A DNA stretch of 64,000 nucleotides from Promethearchaeota archaeon. GTDB taxonomy: Archaea; Asgardarchaeota; Lokiarchaeia; Sigyniarchaeales; SOKP01. Of this stretch, positions 19,604 through 29,000 are shown one piece after another. Within the stretch, counting starts at the first letter, position 1. Each line of letters opens with the position of its first letter. The notes under the pieces were generated by a model. The model had not been told where the DNA came from and did no database searches. It saw nothing but the letters and a program-made list of their open reading frames with translations. The stretch lies in NCBI GenBank assembly GCA_048937405.1, contig JBHLNF010000005.1, forward strand, positions 64,001-128,000, in the 5' to 3' direction. Position numbers and translations under genes: made by a program.

Positions 19604-21296
19604 TACCGAAAAAACTCCATCAAGTATGTTGATACTTACATTCGAAATATTATTTGATATAATAAATAATTTATATAATTTTAGAGTATTTAGAAAAATC
19701 CTAATTCAAAATAGGATAAGGAAAATCAAACTTAAAGCTATTTTTTATTTTACACTAAATAGATTATTGAATATATTCGATAGATTATTTATTATGGGAT
19801 ACCATTTAACGAGACGTAAATATAGTATCCCAAATAATCCTCAGTTAATACAGAACAAAGATAAAAAAATTTCATTTCTATATACCATTTTTTCTGATTT
19901 ACAATTGATTGGTCGAGGAAAGGATGGAGAAGTCTATATCGCAAAGCCGATTAATAATGATAAAAAACAAATTGTAAAAATTTTATCATTCTATGGACTA
20001 AAATTCTTACCAATAACAAAGGAGTTTGCTTCATTCAAAATTATCTCCAAATATCTGTATCAAATTGATATTTTAAATAATTCTTTCATAATTTATCCTT
20101 ATGAAAAACTATCATTACCAAACTCTTCACCTTTAGATTTTTTAGATCAACTGATTATGATTAGTGAATTAGAAATCGAATTAATCAAAAATAATTTGAT
20201 ATATCTAGATTTTTCTAATAAGCATCATATCAATTATTTGATTGACTCAAATAATAATTTGAAAATTATAGATTATACAGGGGGTTCTTTTTATTACATT
20301 GACAAGATTAATACTAAATTAAAATTTAATCGTATAAATTTAATTACAGCTAAAAATCGTTATGTTCAATCTAAATTATTAATTCATATTTATTATTGGG
20401 GATTAGGGCGAAAGAATTATAAAGGTAAAATTCAAGATTCTTATCTAGAAATTTTTAAATTTTTAGAAGTATGTCGAAAAGAATTTTTTGGAAGCGTATA
20501 TTTTGAGTTGTTCTCGTATATTATAAATACGGATTTATTAAAAATTGGAAGCTGGGAAAATTTAATTAAAATTATAAAAAGAATTAAATGTGAAAATAAA
20601 TATTTTTTGATGGAGAAGGCTGACATTGATAAAGTAATTGTTAGAAACAATCAAATTAAGGTAATAGGCTACCAGAATTATAATATATCTATAAAAGATA
20701 AAAAGATCATTCCAATTAAAGGTAATTCTAAATTATGGCGAACTGATAAAAAATATGAATTAATATTAAATTCACTTAACCTTATAAAAGAATTAAATAT
20801 TGAAATTAATAGTTTTATAGATATCGGTTCCAATTTAGGTTTATATGTCTTTACTGCTTGTTTAATATATGGAATACGTAAATGTGTTGGGATTGATTAT
20901 AACTCCGAATATATCGAAAAAACCAATAAGATTAGAGATCATCTAAACTTAGAAAATTGTATTTTCTTGGTAAATAAGTTTGAAGATTTAAACGAGAAAT
21001 ATGATTGCGTGGTGGCAGTTGGATTAATTCATCATCTATATCACCGTACAGAATCTTATGGCTCTTTAGAACCAATTATTAAAAAATTAAGCGATCTTAC
21101 AAAGAAAGCGTTAATAATTGAATTTCCAACGGAGCATGATGAGAAAGCTAAGAAGTGGACTAATATACCAGGTAGAAAAAAACTTGAAAAATATAATTTA
21201 AACAATTTTTTAAAATGTACAGATAAGTATTTCAGCAAAGTAATCAAGATAGGAGATATAGCTAATACTAGATTAATGTTTCTTTTATTAAAATAA
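19596..21296 (+). CDS. protein-kinase-like domain fused to class I SAM methyltransferase
   Basis: IGRGKDGEVY Gly loop, VK Lys128, YLD...N catalytic loop, IIDY; C-terminal FIDIGSNLG, VGID, HHL..EFP. Confidence 0.7.
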   Translation: MNSTEKTPSSMLILTFEILFDIINNLYNFRVFRKILIQNRIRKIKLKAIFYFTLNRLLNIFDRLFIMGYHLTRRKYSIPNNPQLIQNKDKKISFLYTIFSDLQLIGRGKDGEVYIAKPINNDKKQIVKILSFYGLKFLPITKEFASFKIISKYLYQIDILNNSFIIYPYEKLSLPNSSPLDFLDQLIMISELEIELIKNNLIYLDFSNKHHINYLIDSNNNLKIIDYTGGSFYYIDKINTKLKFNRINLITAKNRYVQSKLLIHIYYWGLGRKNYKGKIQDSYLEIFKFLEVCRKEFFGSVYFELFSYIINTDLLKIGSWENLIKIIKRIKCENKYFLMEKADIDKVIVRNNQIKVIGYQNYNISIKDKKIIPIKGNSKLWRTDKKYELILNSLNLIKELNIEINSFIDIGSNLGLYVFTACLIYGIRKCVGIDYNSEYIEKTNKIRDHLNLENCIFLVNKFEDLNEKYDCVVAVGLIHHLYHRTESYGSLEPIIKKLSDLTKKALIIEFPTEHDEKAKKWTNIPGRKKLEKYNLNNFLKCTDKYFSKVIKIGDIANTRLMFLLLK

Positions 21297-21447
21297 AGAT
21301 TCTTATCTTACACTATAGCTAATTTGTATATAATTTCTTCATAATCAAACTACATAAGTTATGTGAGATGAGAAATAAAAAAGTGGATTTTTTCTATTTA
21401 TATTGATTTATAGACAAACTAAGTATTCTTTTTACACTCGTATACTC

Positions 21448-22224
21448 TCAATACTTAATTTTCGTTTTATATTTTATAACACCTATTCCACCTGTTTTCT
21501 GAGTAGGATCTTCATAAAATTCATCGAAATCATATTGATTTTTAATTTGTTCCCAAAATTTATAAACTGTATTTATAGATCCAGATAAATTTACAATATC
21601 ATGAAAAGCAATTATTCCATCATCCTTTACTAATGGACTATACATTTCAAAATCCTTTTTAACACCTTCATAGCTGTGGGAAGCATCGATAAATACAAAA
21701 TCTATCTTTTTACTATCTATAATTTTTTTAACTTGAGATAAGGTAGAAGCTTTATGAGAATTAGCTCTAATTAATTTTAATTTTTGATGCTGTAATGGAA
21801 ATCTCTTAATTAATGGAATCCTCCAATCTGGTAGGAGATTATTAAATTTTCTTTTAGGTAGATCTATACTGATAATTATTGCTCTGGTATCAATAACTCT
21901 TGAGAATAAAAATAAGGTACCCCCATTTAAGGTACCTATTTCAAGTATGATTCTTGGTCGAAGTTTCTTGATTTTTTCTAATAATTTTAATAATTCAGAT
22001 TTAATTTGTTGTAGCTTTATAATATTATTTCGAGGTAATTTAAAAAAATCAAAAAGTTGACCCAAATTACAATTTTCAGGGATAAATTTTATAGATACTA
22101 ATAAATTAATTGTTTTATAAAAATTCAACATTCTTAGGAATGGTTCTTTAACAAGTAGACTCATCCCCTTTTGCCTAATTTTAAAAGCTATAGACTTCTT
22201 TATTCTAACAATAAATTTTAACAT
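21448..22224 (-). CDS. class I SAM methyltransferase (Methyltransf_24-like)
   Basis: ILEIGTLNGGT, ISIDLP, DFVFIDASHSYEGVKKD, IAFHD. Confidence 0.88.
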   Translation of the reverse strand: MLKFIVRIKKSIAFKIRQKGMSLLVKEPFLRMLNFYKTINLLVSIKFIPENCNLGQLFDFFKLPRNNIIKLQQIKSELLKLLEKIKKLRPRIILEIGTLNGGTLFLFSRVIDTRAIIISIDLPKRKFNNLLPDWRIPLIKRFPLQHQKLKLIRANSHKASTLSQVKKIIDSKKIDFVFIDASHSYEGVKKDFEMYSPLVKDDGIIAFHDIVNLSGSINTVYKFWEQIKNQYDFDEFYEDPTQKTGGIGVIKYKTKIKY

Positions 22225-22236
22225 AATTAATTTGGT

Positions 22237-23499
22237 TTACTTAATAGTTGCTTTGAATAATTTGATATATTCATTTGTTATTAGTTTCCAATTATATCTA
22301 TTTATAACTCTATTATATCCATATTCTCCCATTCTTTTTCTTTCTTCTTCATTTTCATATAAATAAACAATTGCATCTACTAGATCTTTTAAATTATCTG
22401 GTTTAATTAATAAACCAGATTTCCGATCTTCAATAGCTCCAATAATTCCACCAGAACTCGTACCAATTACTGGTAGCTTATAATAATTAGCCTCAAGGTA
22501 AACAATACCAAAACCTTCAATTGATTTTTTCATTGAGATAGAAGGCATTATAAAGACATCTGAGGCTTTTAAATATTTTTTTTTCATTTCATCATTAATA
22601 GCTCCTAAAAAAATGATTTCATCGTTTAATCCTAAAGCTTGTGTCATACTTTTTAATCTTCCTGTTTCCTTCCCACTTCCTATTAAATAATATTTTATGT
22701 TGGGATATGAGTATGATTTTTTCAAGAATTCCATAGCTTGGATAACTAATTGAAAATTTTTTCTAGGTGCATGACGACCAACACTAATTAAGATAAAATC
22801 TTTGGGTTTTATATTTAGTTCATTCCTTATTTGGAGATTATCTTTTTTTATTTCATGATCCGGAAGAAAAAGACCATAAGGAATTACTATTAATTTGTCT
22901 TCGCTTAAATGGTTTATTTTCATTATTAATTCTTTATTCTTATCACTACTTACTATTATCTTATCAATAAGTTTTAAGTAATGAGTTTTTAGAGATAATC
23001 TAGTGCGAACTAAGAAATCTGTACCATGGGCATGGCATATGAATTTTTTCCCTATTAGTCTAGATAAAATAAATCCTAAAGGCATCATAACATTATCACA
23101 AACACTTCCATAAATCAAATCGGGATTTATTTTTTTTACTAATGGATAAATCCTTGATAAATTTTTTAATAGACTTATTATGATTTTTTGTTTAATGAAG
23201 AGATATAATAACATACATAACTTGAAATAGAGTTTTACTTTTTTAACAGTAAGTATTTTCCATATTGAATATAAAAAAAAAAAAATGTAATTTCGTTTCT
23301 TAAATAATGCTAATAAATCTCTCAGTTTAAAAATCTTAGTATACTTTAGAATATTAAATATATTTTTTCCTCTATAAGTATTATTAAATATAAATAGTGT
23401 TTCTTCTCTATCCCTGAATGCTTTACACATATCTGTAAAAAATCTACCGATTCCTCCATACACAGGGTAAAATTCAGATGCCAATAAACAAATTTTCAT
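22237..23499 (-). CDS. glycosyltransferase family 4 (paralog of 15103-16362)
   Basis: GGIG, HGTD, SVGRHAPRK, EGFGIVYLEANYY. Confidence 0.9.
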   Translation of the reverse strand: MKICLLASEFYPVYGGIGRFFTDMCKAFRDREETLFIFNNTYRGKNIFNILKYTKIFKLRDLLALFKKRNYIFFFLYSIWKILTVKKVKLYFKLCMLLYLFIKQKIIISLLKNLSRIYPLVKKINPDLIYGSVCDNVMMPLGFILSRLIGKKFICHAHGTDFLVRTRLSLKTHYLKLIDKIIVSSDKNKELIMKINHLSEDKLIVIPYGLFLPDHEIKKDNLQIRNELNIKPKDFILISVGRHAPRKNFQLVIQAMEFLKKSYSYPNIKYYLIGSGKETGRLKSMTQALGLNDEIIFLGAINDEMKKKYLKASDVFIMPSISMKKSIEGFGIVYLEANYYKLPVIGTSSGGIIGAIEDRKSGLLIKPDNLKDLVDAIVYLYENEEERKRMGEYGYNRVINRYNWKLITNEYIKLFKATIK

Positions 23500-23721
23500 A
23501 TTTAGAGTAATGTTTTCACTTTAAATTATAAATTCAATTCAATTAAGAGACTTTATCTAATAACCCTTGTTATACTGGATAGAACTTAAATTTTCCTTAT
23601 GTTTTCATCAATCCATTATATAATTCTTTATACAAATAATTGATTCTAATTATATATCATTACATAACATTAAATATAATGAAAAGCTCTCCTACTTAAA
23701 ATATTAATATGTGAATTTTCC

Positions 23722-23961
23722 ATGTCTGAAGATGAGTATAAAGTAGAATATACAACCGTTTCAATTCCTAAGCCTTTAGTTGAAAAAATTAAAGAAAGAA
23801 TGAAAGGGACAGGTTTCTCTTCTGTATCTAGTTATGTCACATATGTTTTACGACAAGTTATTTCTTCAATAGAAGAAGAAGAGAAATCAAAACAAGCATT
23901 TACAAAGGAAGAAGAAGAAAAAGTGAAGCAAAGATTAAGGGATTTAGGATATATTGATTAA
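23722..23961 (+). CDS. ribbon-helix-helix (CopG-like) protein
   Basis: TTVSIPKPL.EKIK....GTGFSSVSSYV.YVLR; C-terminal EEKVKQRLRDLGYID. Confidence 0.85.
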   Translation: MSEDEYKVEYTTVSIPKPLVEKIKERMKGTGFSSVSSYVTYVLRQVISSIEEEEKSKQAFTKEEEEKVKQRLRDLGYID

Positions 23962-23998
23962 TAATAATCTTTGAATTTAGAGGAGGTTATGAAATTAA

Positions 23999-25147
23999 AT
24001 GATAAAACCACATGGTGGAACACTGATTAATAAGGAACTCCCTAAAATTGAAAAAGAAAGAATAATAGAAGAGATCGATGAATTTAATAGTGTTATAGTT
24101 AAACCAGAGACTCTTAAAGTAATAAAAAATATTGCTTTTGGTGTTTTTAGCCCCTTAGAGGGATTCATGAATGAAAATGACTATCATTATGTATTAAATA
24201 CTATGTACTTAGAAAATAACGTTGCGTGGCCATTTCCAATTACTTTGGATGTCTCTGAAGATGAGATAAAAAATATACACGCTAATGATAAAATAATTCT
24301 AACTGATGGTAATAAGACTCCTATTGCATTGATGAATATAGAATCAATATATGATTATGATAAGAAAGAGTATGCTGAAAAAACTTATGGTACAGTGGAT
24401 AAAAATCATCCAGGAGTAATGAGGGTTTTTAATTATAAAGAAAAACTCATAGGAGGAGAAATTTTCTTGATTAACGAACCTAAGCCAATATTTCCGGATT
24501 TAGATTTAAAGGCCATCGAAACAAGAGTTTTATTTAAGGAAAAGGGGTGGGATAGAGTTGTTGCATTTCAAACAAGAAATCCCCCTCATTTAGGTCATGA
24601 ATATGTTCAAAAAGCAGGATTAACTTACGTGGATGGATTATTTATCAATCCTGTTATTGGAAAGAAAAAAAGAGGGGATTTTTTAGATATAGTAATCATT
24701 GAGGCATATAAAGCACTTATAAAAGAGTATTATCCAAAAGATAGAGTAGTGTTGAGTACTTTTGAAACCGAAATGAGATATGCTGGACCAAAAGAAGCGA
24801 TTTTCCATGCTATAACTAGAAAAAATTTTGGATGTGATCATATTATCATTGGTCGAGATCATGCTGGTGTTGGGGATTATTATGGACCTTATGATGCTCA
24901 TGATATCTTCGAAAAATTTCCAGATTTAGGTATTGAACCAATAAAATTTAGATCTTTTTCAAAGTGTGCAAAATGCAATGCTGTTGTCAATGATAAAATA
25001 TGTCCACATCCCCCAGATATGCAAAACTTTTTTGCAGGGAGAGAAATTAGGGCTGCTCTTCAAAATGGAAGACTTCCTGATCCAGAAGTAATGCGTCCCG
25101 AAGTTGCGAAAGTGATATTAAAATATGAAAATCCATTTGTATTATAA
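23999..25147 (+). CDS. sat: sulfate adenylyltransferase
   Basis: PHGG.L, FSPLEGFM, FQTRNPPH.GHE, MRYAGPKEA, GRDHAGVG. Confidence 0.96.
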   Translation: MIKPHGGTLINKELPKIEKERIIEEIDEFNSVIVKPETLKVIKNIAFGVFSPLEGFMNENDYHYVLNTMYLENNVAWPFPITLDVSEDEIKNIHANDKIILTDGNKTPIALMNIESIYDYDKKEYAEKTYGTVDKNHPGVMRVFNYKEKLIGGEIFLINEPKPIFPDLDLKAIETRVLFKEKGWDRVVAFQTRNPPHLGHEYVQKAGLTYVDGLFINPVIGKKKRGDFLDIVIIEAYKALIKEYYPKDRVVLSTFETEMRYAGPKEAIFHAITRKNFGCDHIIIGRDHAGVGDYYGPYDAHDIFEKFPDLGIEPIKFRSFSKCAKCNAVVNDKICPHPPDMQNFFAGREIRAALQNGRLPDPEVMRPEVAKVILKYENPFVL

Positions 25148-25197
25148 TTATTAAATGTAAAGTAAATGAAACTAAGAAGCAGTTTTATTATCGAGTA

Positions 25198-26586
25198 ATG
25201 AATATTAATCAAAGAAAATTAGTTATCATCGGATTAGATTGTGCAACTCCTAAAACTCTTTTTAAGGATTTCATAGACGATTGCCCAAATATTAAAAAAA
25301 TGATGCAAAAAGGTGTATATGGTAAATTAAGAACCTGTGATCCCCCAATTACGATTCCAGCTTGGATGGTAATGAGTACTGGAAAAAAAGCAGGAAAATT
25401 AGGATTATATGGATTTAGACATAGAAAAGGGAATTCGTATGATGACTTTTGGATATCTACATCTTATAATATTAGGGAACCAAAAGTATGGGATATAATT
25501 GGAGAAAAAGGTTTAAAATCTTGCATACTGGGTGTTCCTCCAACTTATCCTGTTCAACCAATAAATGGTTGTTTAGTTTCTGGTTTTATTACTCCAGATA
25601 TAACTTCAAATTATACATATCCTCCAGAATTAAAAGAAGAAATTAAAGAAAATGTTGGAGAATACATTTTAGACGCTAATTTTAGAGTAGATGATAAGTT
25701 AAATTTATTGAAAGACATTTATGAAATGACAAAAGTTCAATTTAAAACTATTAGATACCTGATACAAAATAAAGATTGGATATATTGTAAATTTGTAATT
25801 ATTGGATTAGATCGATTTCATCATGCATTTTGGAAATACTATGATAAAAATCATCATAAATATAAGCCTGGAAATAAATTAGAAGGAGAAATGAAAAAAT
25901 TTTACCAGTATTTGGATTCAGAAATCGGAGAAATCTTGAAAATTGTTGGGGAAAATACAATAATAATGATTGTATCTGATCATGGTGCTAAGGCAATGAA
26001 AGGTCTAATATGCATTAATATGGCTCTTGAAGATTTGGGTTTATTGAAATTTAAGTCTAAACCAACACCGGGTAAAAAGTTATTAGATGCGAATATAGAT
26101 TGGAATAATACATTTGCTTGGGGTTGGGGGGGATACTATGGGAGAATTTTTCTTAATGTTGAAGGTAGAGAACCTCATGGAATTATTAAACCTGAAGATT
26201 ATGAAGAAAAAAGGGATGAGATAATTAAAAAAATTAAATTAATAAAAGATAATAAAGGTAATCAAATGAATACAATAATTTATAAACCAGAAGAGTTATT
26301 TGAGACTTTAAATGGAAATCCACCAGATCTAATGGTCTATTTTGATGATTTAAATTGGAGATCCGCTGGGACGGTTGGATATAATTCTATGTATTTAATT
26401 GAAAACGATACTGGTCCTGATGATGCAGTTCATGATTGGTACGGAGTTTATCTTATTTATGACCCAAAGAAAAAATTAGGTAAAAATCTTGGAATTAAAA
26501 GTATACTTGATATAGCACCAACATCCCTTAAAATCTTAGGAGTTAAAATTCCTAAAGATATGGATGGTAATGTTATAAATTATTAA
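25198..26586 (+). CDS. alkaline phosphatase superfamily nucleotide pyrophosphatase/phosphodiesterase-like protein
   Basis: IIGLDCA, PPITIPAW (Thr nucleophile), DRFHH, SDHG, DIAPT. Confidence 0.85.
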   Translation: MNINQRKLVIIGLDCATPKTLFKDFIDDCPNIKKMMQKGVYGKLRTCDPPITIPAWMVMSTGKKAGKLGLYGFRHRKGNSYDDFWISTSYNIREPKVWDIIGEKGLKSCILGVPPTYPVQPINGCLVSGFITPDITSNYTYPPELKEEIKENVGEYILDANFRVDDKLNLLKDIYEMTKVQFKTIRYLIQNKDWIYCKFVIIGLDRFHHAFWKYYDKNHHKYKPGNKLEGEMKKFYQYLDSEIGEILKIVGENTIIMIVSDHGAKAMKGLICINMALEDLGLLKFKSKPTPGKKLLDANIDWNNTFAWGWGGYYGRIFLNVEGREPHGIIKPEDYEEKRDEIIKKIKLIKDNKGNQMNTIIYKPEELFETLNGNPPDLMVYFDDLNWRSAGTVGYNSMYLIENDTGPDDAVHDWYGVYLIYDPKKKLGKNLGIKSILDIAPTSLKILGVKIPKDMDGNVINY

Positions 26587-26609
26587 AAAATGTAAGAGAA
26601 AGATAAAAA

Positions 26610-27155
26610 ATGGAACATAAAGGGTTTACATTATGGTTTACCGGACTACCGTGTTCAGGTAAAAGTGTGCTTGCTGACTCAGTGGCAAACGATTTAAAGA
26701 ATAGAGGAATGAAAATAGAACGTCTTGATGGTGATATTGTTAGAAAGAGCTTAACTAGAGATCTAGGATTTACTGAAGAAGATAGAAATATGAATATTGA
26801 AAGAGTTACATTTGTAGCTAAATTATTAACTCGAAATGGTGTTGCTGTTCTTGCTTCATTTGTATCACCATATAATAAGATTAGAGCTTATTCACGAGAA
26901 GAAATTGGAGATTTTATACTTGTCTATGTAAAATGCTCTCTTGAAGAGTGTGAGAGAAGAGACGTAAAAGGGATGTATGCAAAAGCAAAAGCAGGAGAAA
27001 TTAAAAATTTTACTGGAATTGACCACCCTTTCGAAGAACCAGATAATCCTGATATTATTGTTGAAACTGATAAGCAAACAGTTGATGAAAGTAAAGAAAT
27101 TATCTTACATGCTTTAATTTCAATGGGTTATTTGCCAAATAAACATAATAAATAG
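26610..27155 (+). CDS. cysC: adenylyl-sulfate kinase
   Basis: WFTGLPCSGKS, LDGDIVR, RDVKGMY, FTGID.PFEEP. Confidence 0.96.
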   Translation: MEHKGFTLWFTGLPCSGKSVLADSVANDLKNRGMKIERLDGDIVRKSLTRDLGFTEEDRNMNIERVTFVAKLLTRNGVAVLASFVSPYNKIRAYSREEIGDFILVYVKCSLEECERRDVKGMYAKAKAGEIKNFTGIDHPFEEPDNPDIIVETDKQTVDESKEIILHALISMGYLPNKHNK

Positions 27156-27628
27156 AGTTTTTTGGTTCTATTAGCAAAATCGATATTAATCATTTCAATA
27201 TAATTTTTTTTCTAATTGTAAAAAATCAATGTTTTATTATTCTTGTCTTATCATCGATAAAAATTACAATTTCCATCTATTATATTAAAAATACTGTTTT
27301 AAAGAATTAATGATATTATTTAGATGATAAGTTTATTCTATTTATCCAATTTAAGGTATATAAATATAATTCTTTATACATTCATGTCTAAACTAGAGGA
27401 TATAATAAGATTAATACTATTGATATAAATAATTTCCTATATATTTTAAAAGATCTATTCTTTTAATTGAATAATAAATAGAATATTAGAATCACAAGGC
27501 TGGTTATGCAATAGTAGGAAAAATTTTTTATTTATTTAATGAAATATTAAAAAAGTTTGAAATTTCTAAAATTATAATTTAAATAGATATTTTCTTCTAT
27601 TCCAGAAAAATAAATCAAAATTGATTAT

Positions 27629-28975
27629 ATGAATAAAAATTTTAAAAAAATTCTCTATAATTTACGATATCGCATTTTTCATCTTAGCGATAATAATCCC
27701 TTTATAGGGGAGCTTTTGAAATTTGGATATCTTTATCTTTATTACTTTAAATTTACGATTGAAGAATTATATTTGAATATTAAAGTAAAATTAAGATATG
27801 GTAAAATCAAACTTAACAAAATTTGTTTTATAAATCCTATTGAAGTATTATATGAAATTTCACCTCATAAGTATAACAAATGGAGTATTAACTCTAGAAT
27901 TTTAGACGGAGATTGGGATCATTCAGAATCACTCTTTGAAAACTTAAGAGAAGTTAAAGCAATAGAACAAAGATATAAAGAAGGAATACAATGGGAAGAG
28001 ACGGATTTTTATCATCAAGTTATGGATGAACACGCTAATGAAATAGAAAAGGGATTTAATTATAAAAAACACCTAGATAATGTACTTAAAGGAGTAGATT
28101 CCCTATATTTTCAAATTAAAAAGAGTGGATATAAATCAAAAAATGAATTATATTCAAATAAAAAGATTTATGGGAAAATAGTAAATATAAAAATTGGAAA
28201 AAAAATTCTTGATGAAGTAGCTTTAGCTATTAGTAGAGAAGGACGATTTCTATTTATTAATGGAAAGCACAGACTCAAGATTGCTCAATTATTTTTCATT
28301 AATAAAATTTCAGTTATTTTTGTTTTAAGGCATAAAAAATGGATGGAATTTAGAAAAAAATTAATTATTTTTGCTAAAAATTGTCAAGGAAAAAAATTAG
28401 ATTATCAGCTTACTCATCCAGACCTTCAAGATATTCCTTATAAATATAAAGATCTCTGCTTTAATTTAATTAAGGAAAACCTTAGTGTCTCTCAAGGAAC
28501 TCTTATTGATATTAATGCAAATTTGGGATATTTTTGTCATAAATTTGAGGATGAGGGATTTGATTGTTATGCATTAGAAGAGAATTCAATCTGCTTACAC
28601 TTTTTAGATAAATTAAAAAAAGCAGAAAATAAAAAATATAAAATAATTCCAAAATCCAAATTTGATGATAACCTAGGACTAGAAATAACTTTTGATGTAG
28701 TTCTGGCTTTAAATATATTTGAGAGTATAGGAAAGGAAAAAAAATCTGATAAAATAATTGAATTTTTAAGAAGATTAAATTTTAAGGAATTATTTCTTGT
28801 AGTACCTAATTCAAGAAAACTACGAAACCGTAAGTTGTACCGAAATTTTAACTTAGATCAATTCTTAAAGGATATCACTAGAGAATGTTTTTTAAATAAC
28901 GCTCAATTTGTTGGAAAAATTGAGGAAAATAGATTGTTGTATAAATTCACATCTAGTAAGGTTTATGAAAATTAG
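27629..28975 (+). CDS. ParB/Srx-like domain fused to degenerate class I methyltransferase
   Basis: GDWD..., WEETDFY, AISREG..LFINGKHRL..A; C-terminal LIDINANLGYF, FDVVLAL. Confidence 0.6.
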   Translation: MNKNFKKILYNLRYRIFHLSDNNPFIGELLKFGYLYLYYFKFTIEELYLNIKVKLRYGKIKLNKICFINPIEVLYEISPHKYNKWSINSRILDGDWDHSESLFENLREVKAIEQRYKEGIQWEETDFYHQVMDEHANEIEKGFNYKKHLDNVLKGVDSLYFQIKKSGYKSKNELYSNKKIYGKIVNIKIGKKILDEVALAISREGRFLFINGKHRLKIAQLFFINKISVIFVLRHKKWMEFRKKLIIFAKNCQGKKLDYQLTHPDLQDIPYKYKDLCFNLIKENLSVSQGTLIDINANLGYFCHKFEDEGFDCYALEENSICLHFLDKLKKAENKKYKIIPKSKFDDNLGLEITFDVVLALNIFESIGKEKKSDKIIEFLRRLNFKELFLVVPNSRKLRNRKLYRNFNLDQFLKDITRECFLNNAQFVGKIEENRLLYKFTSSKVYEN

Positions 28976-29000
28976 CAAATTATAGATTTATAATTTAATC

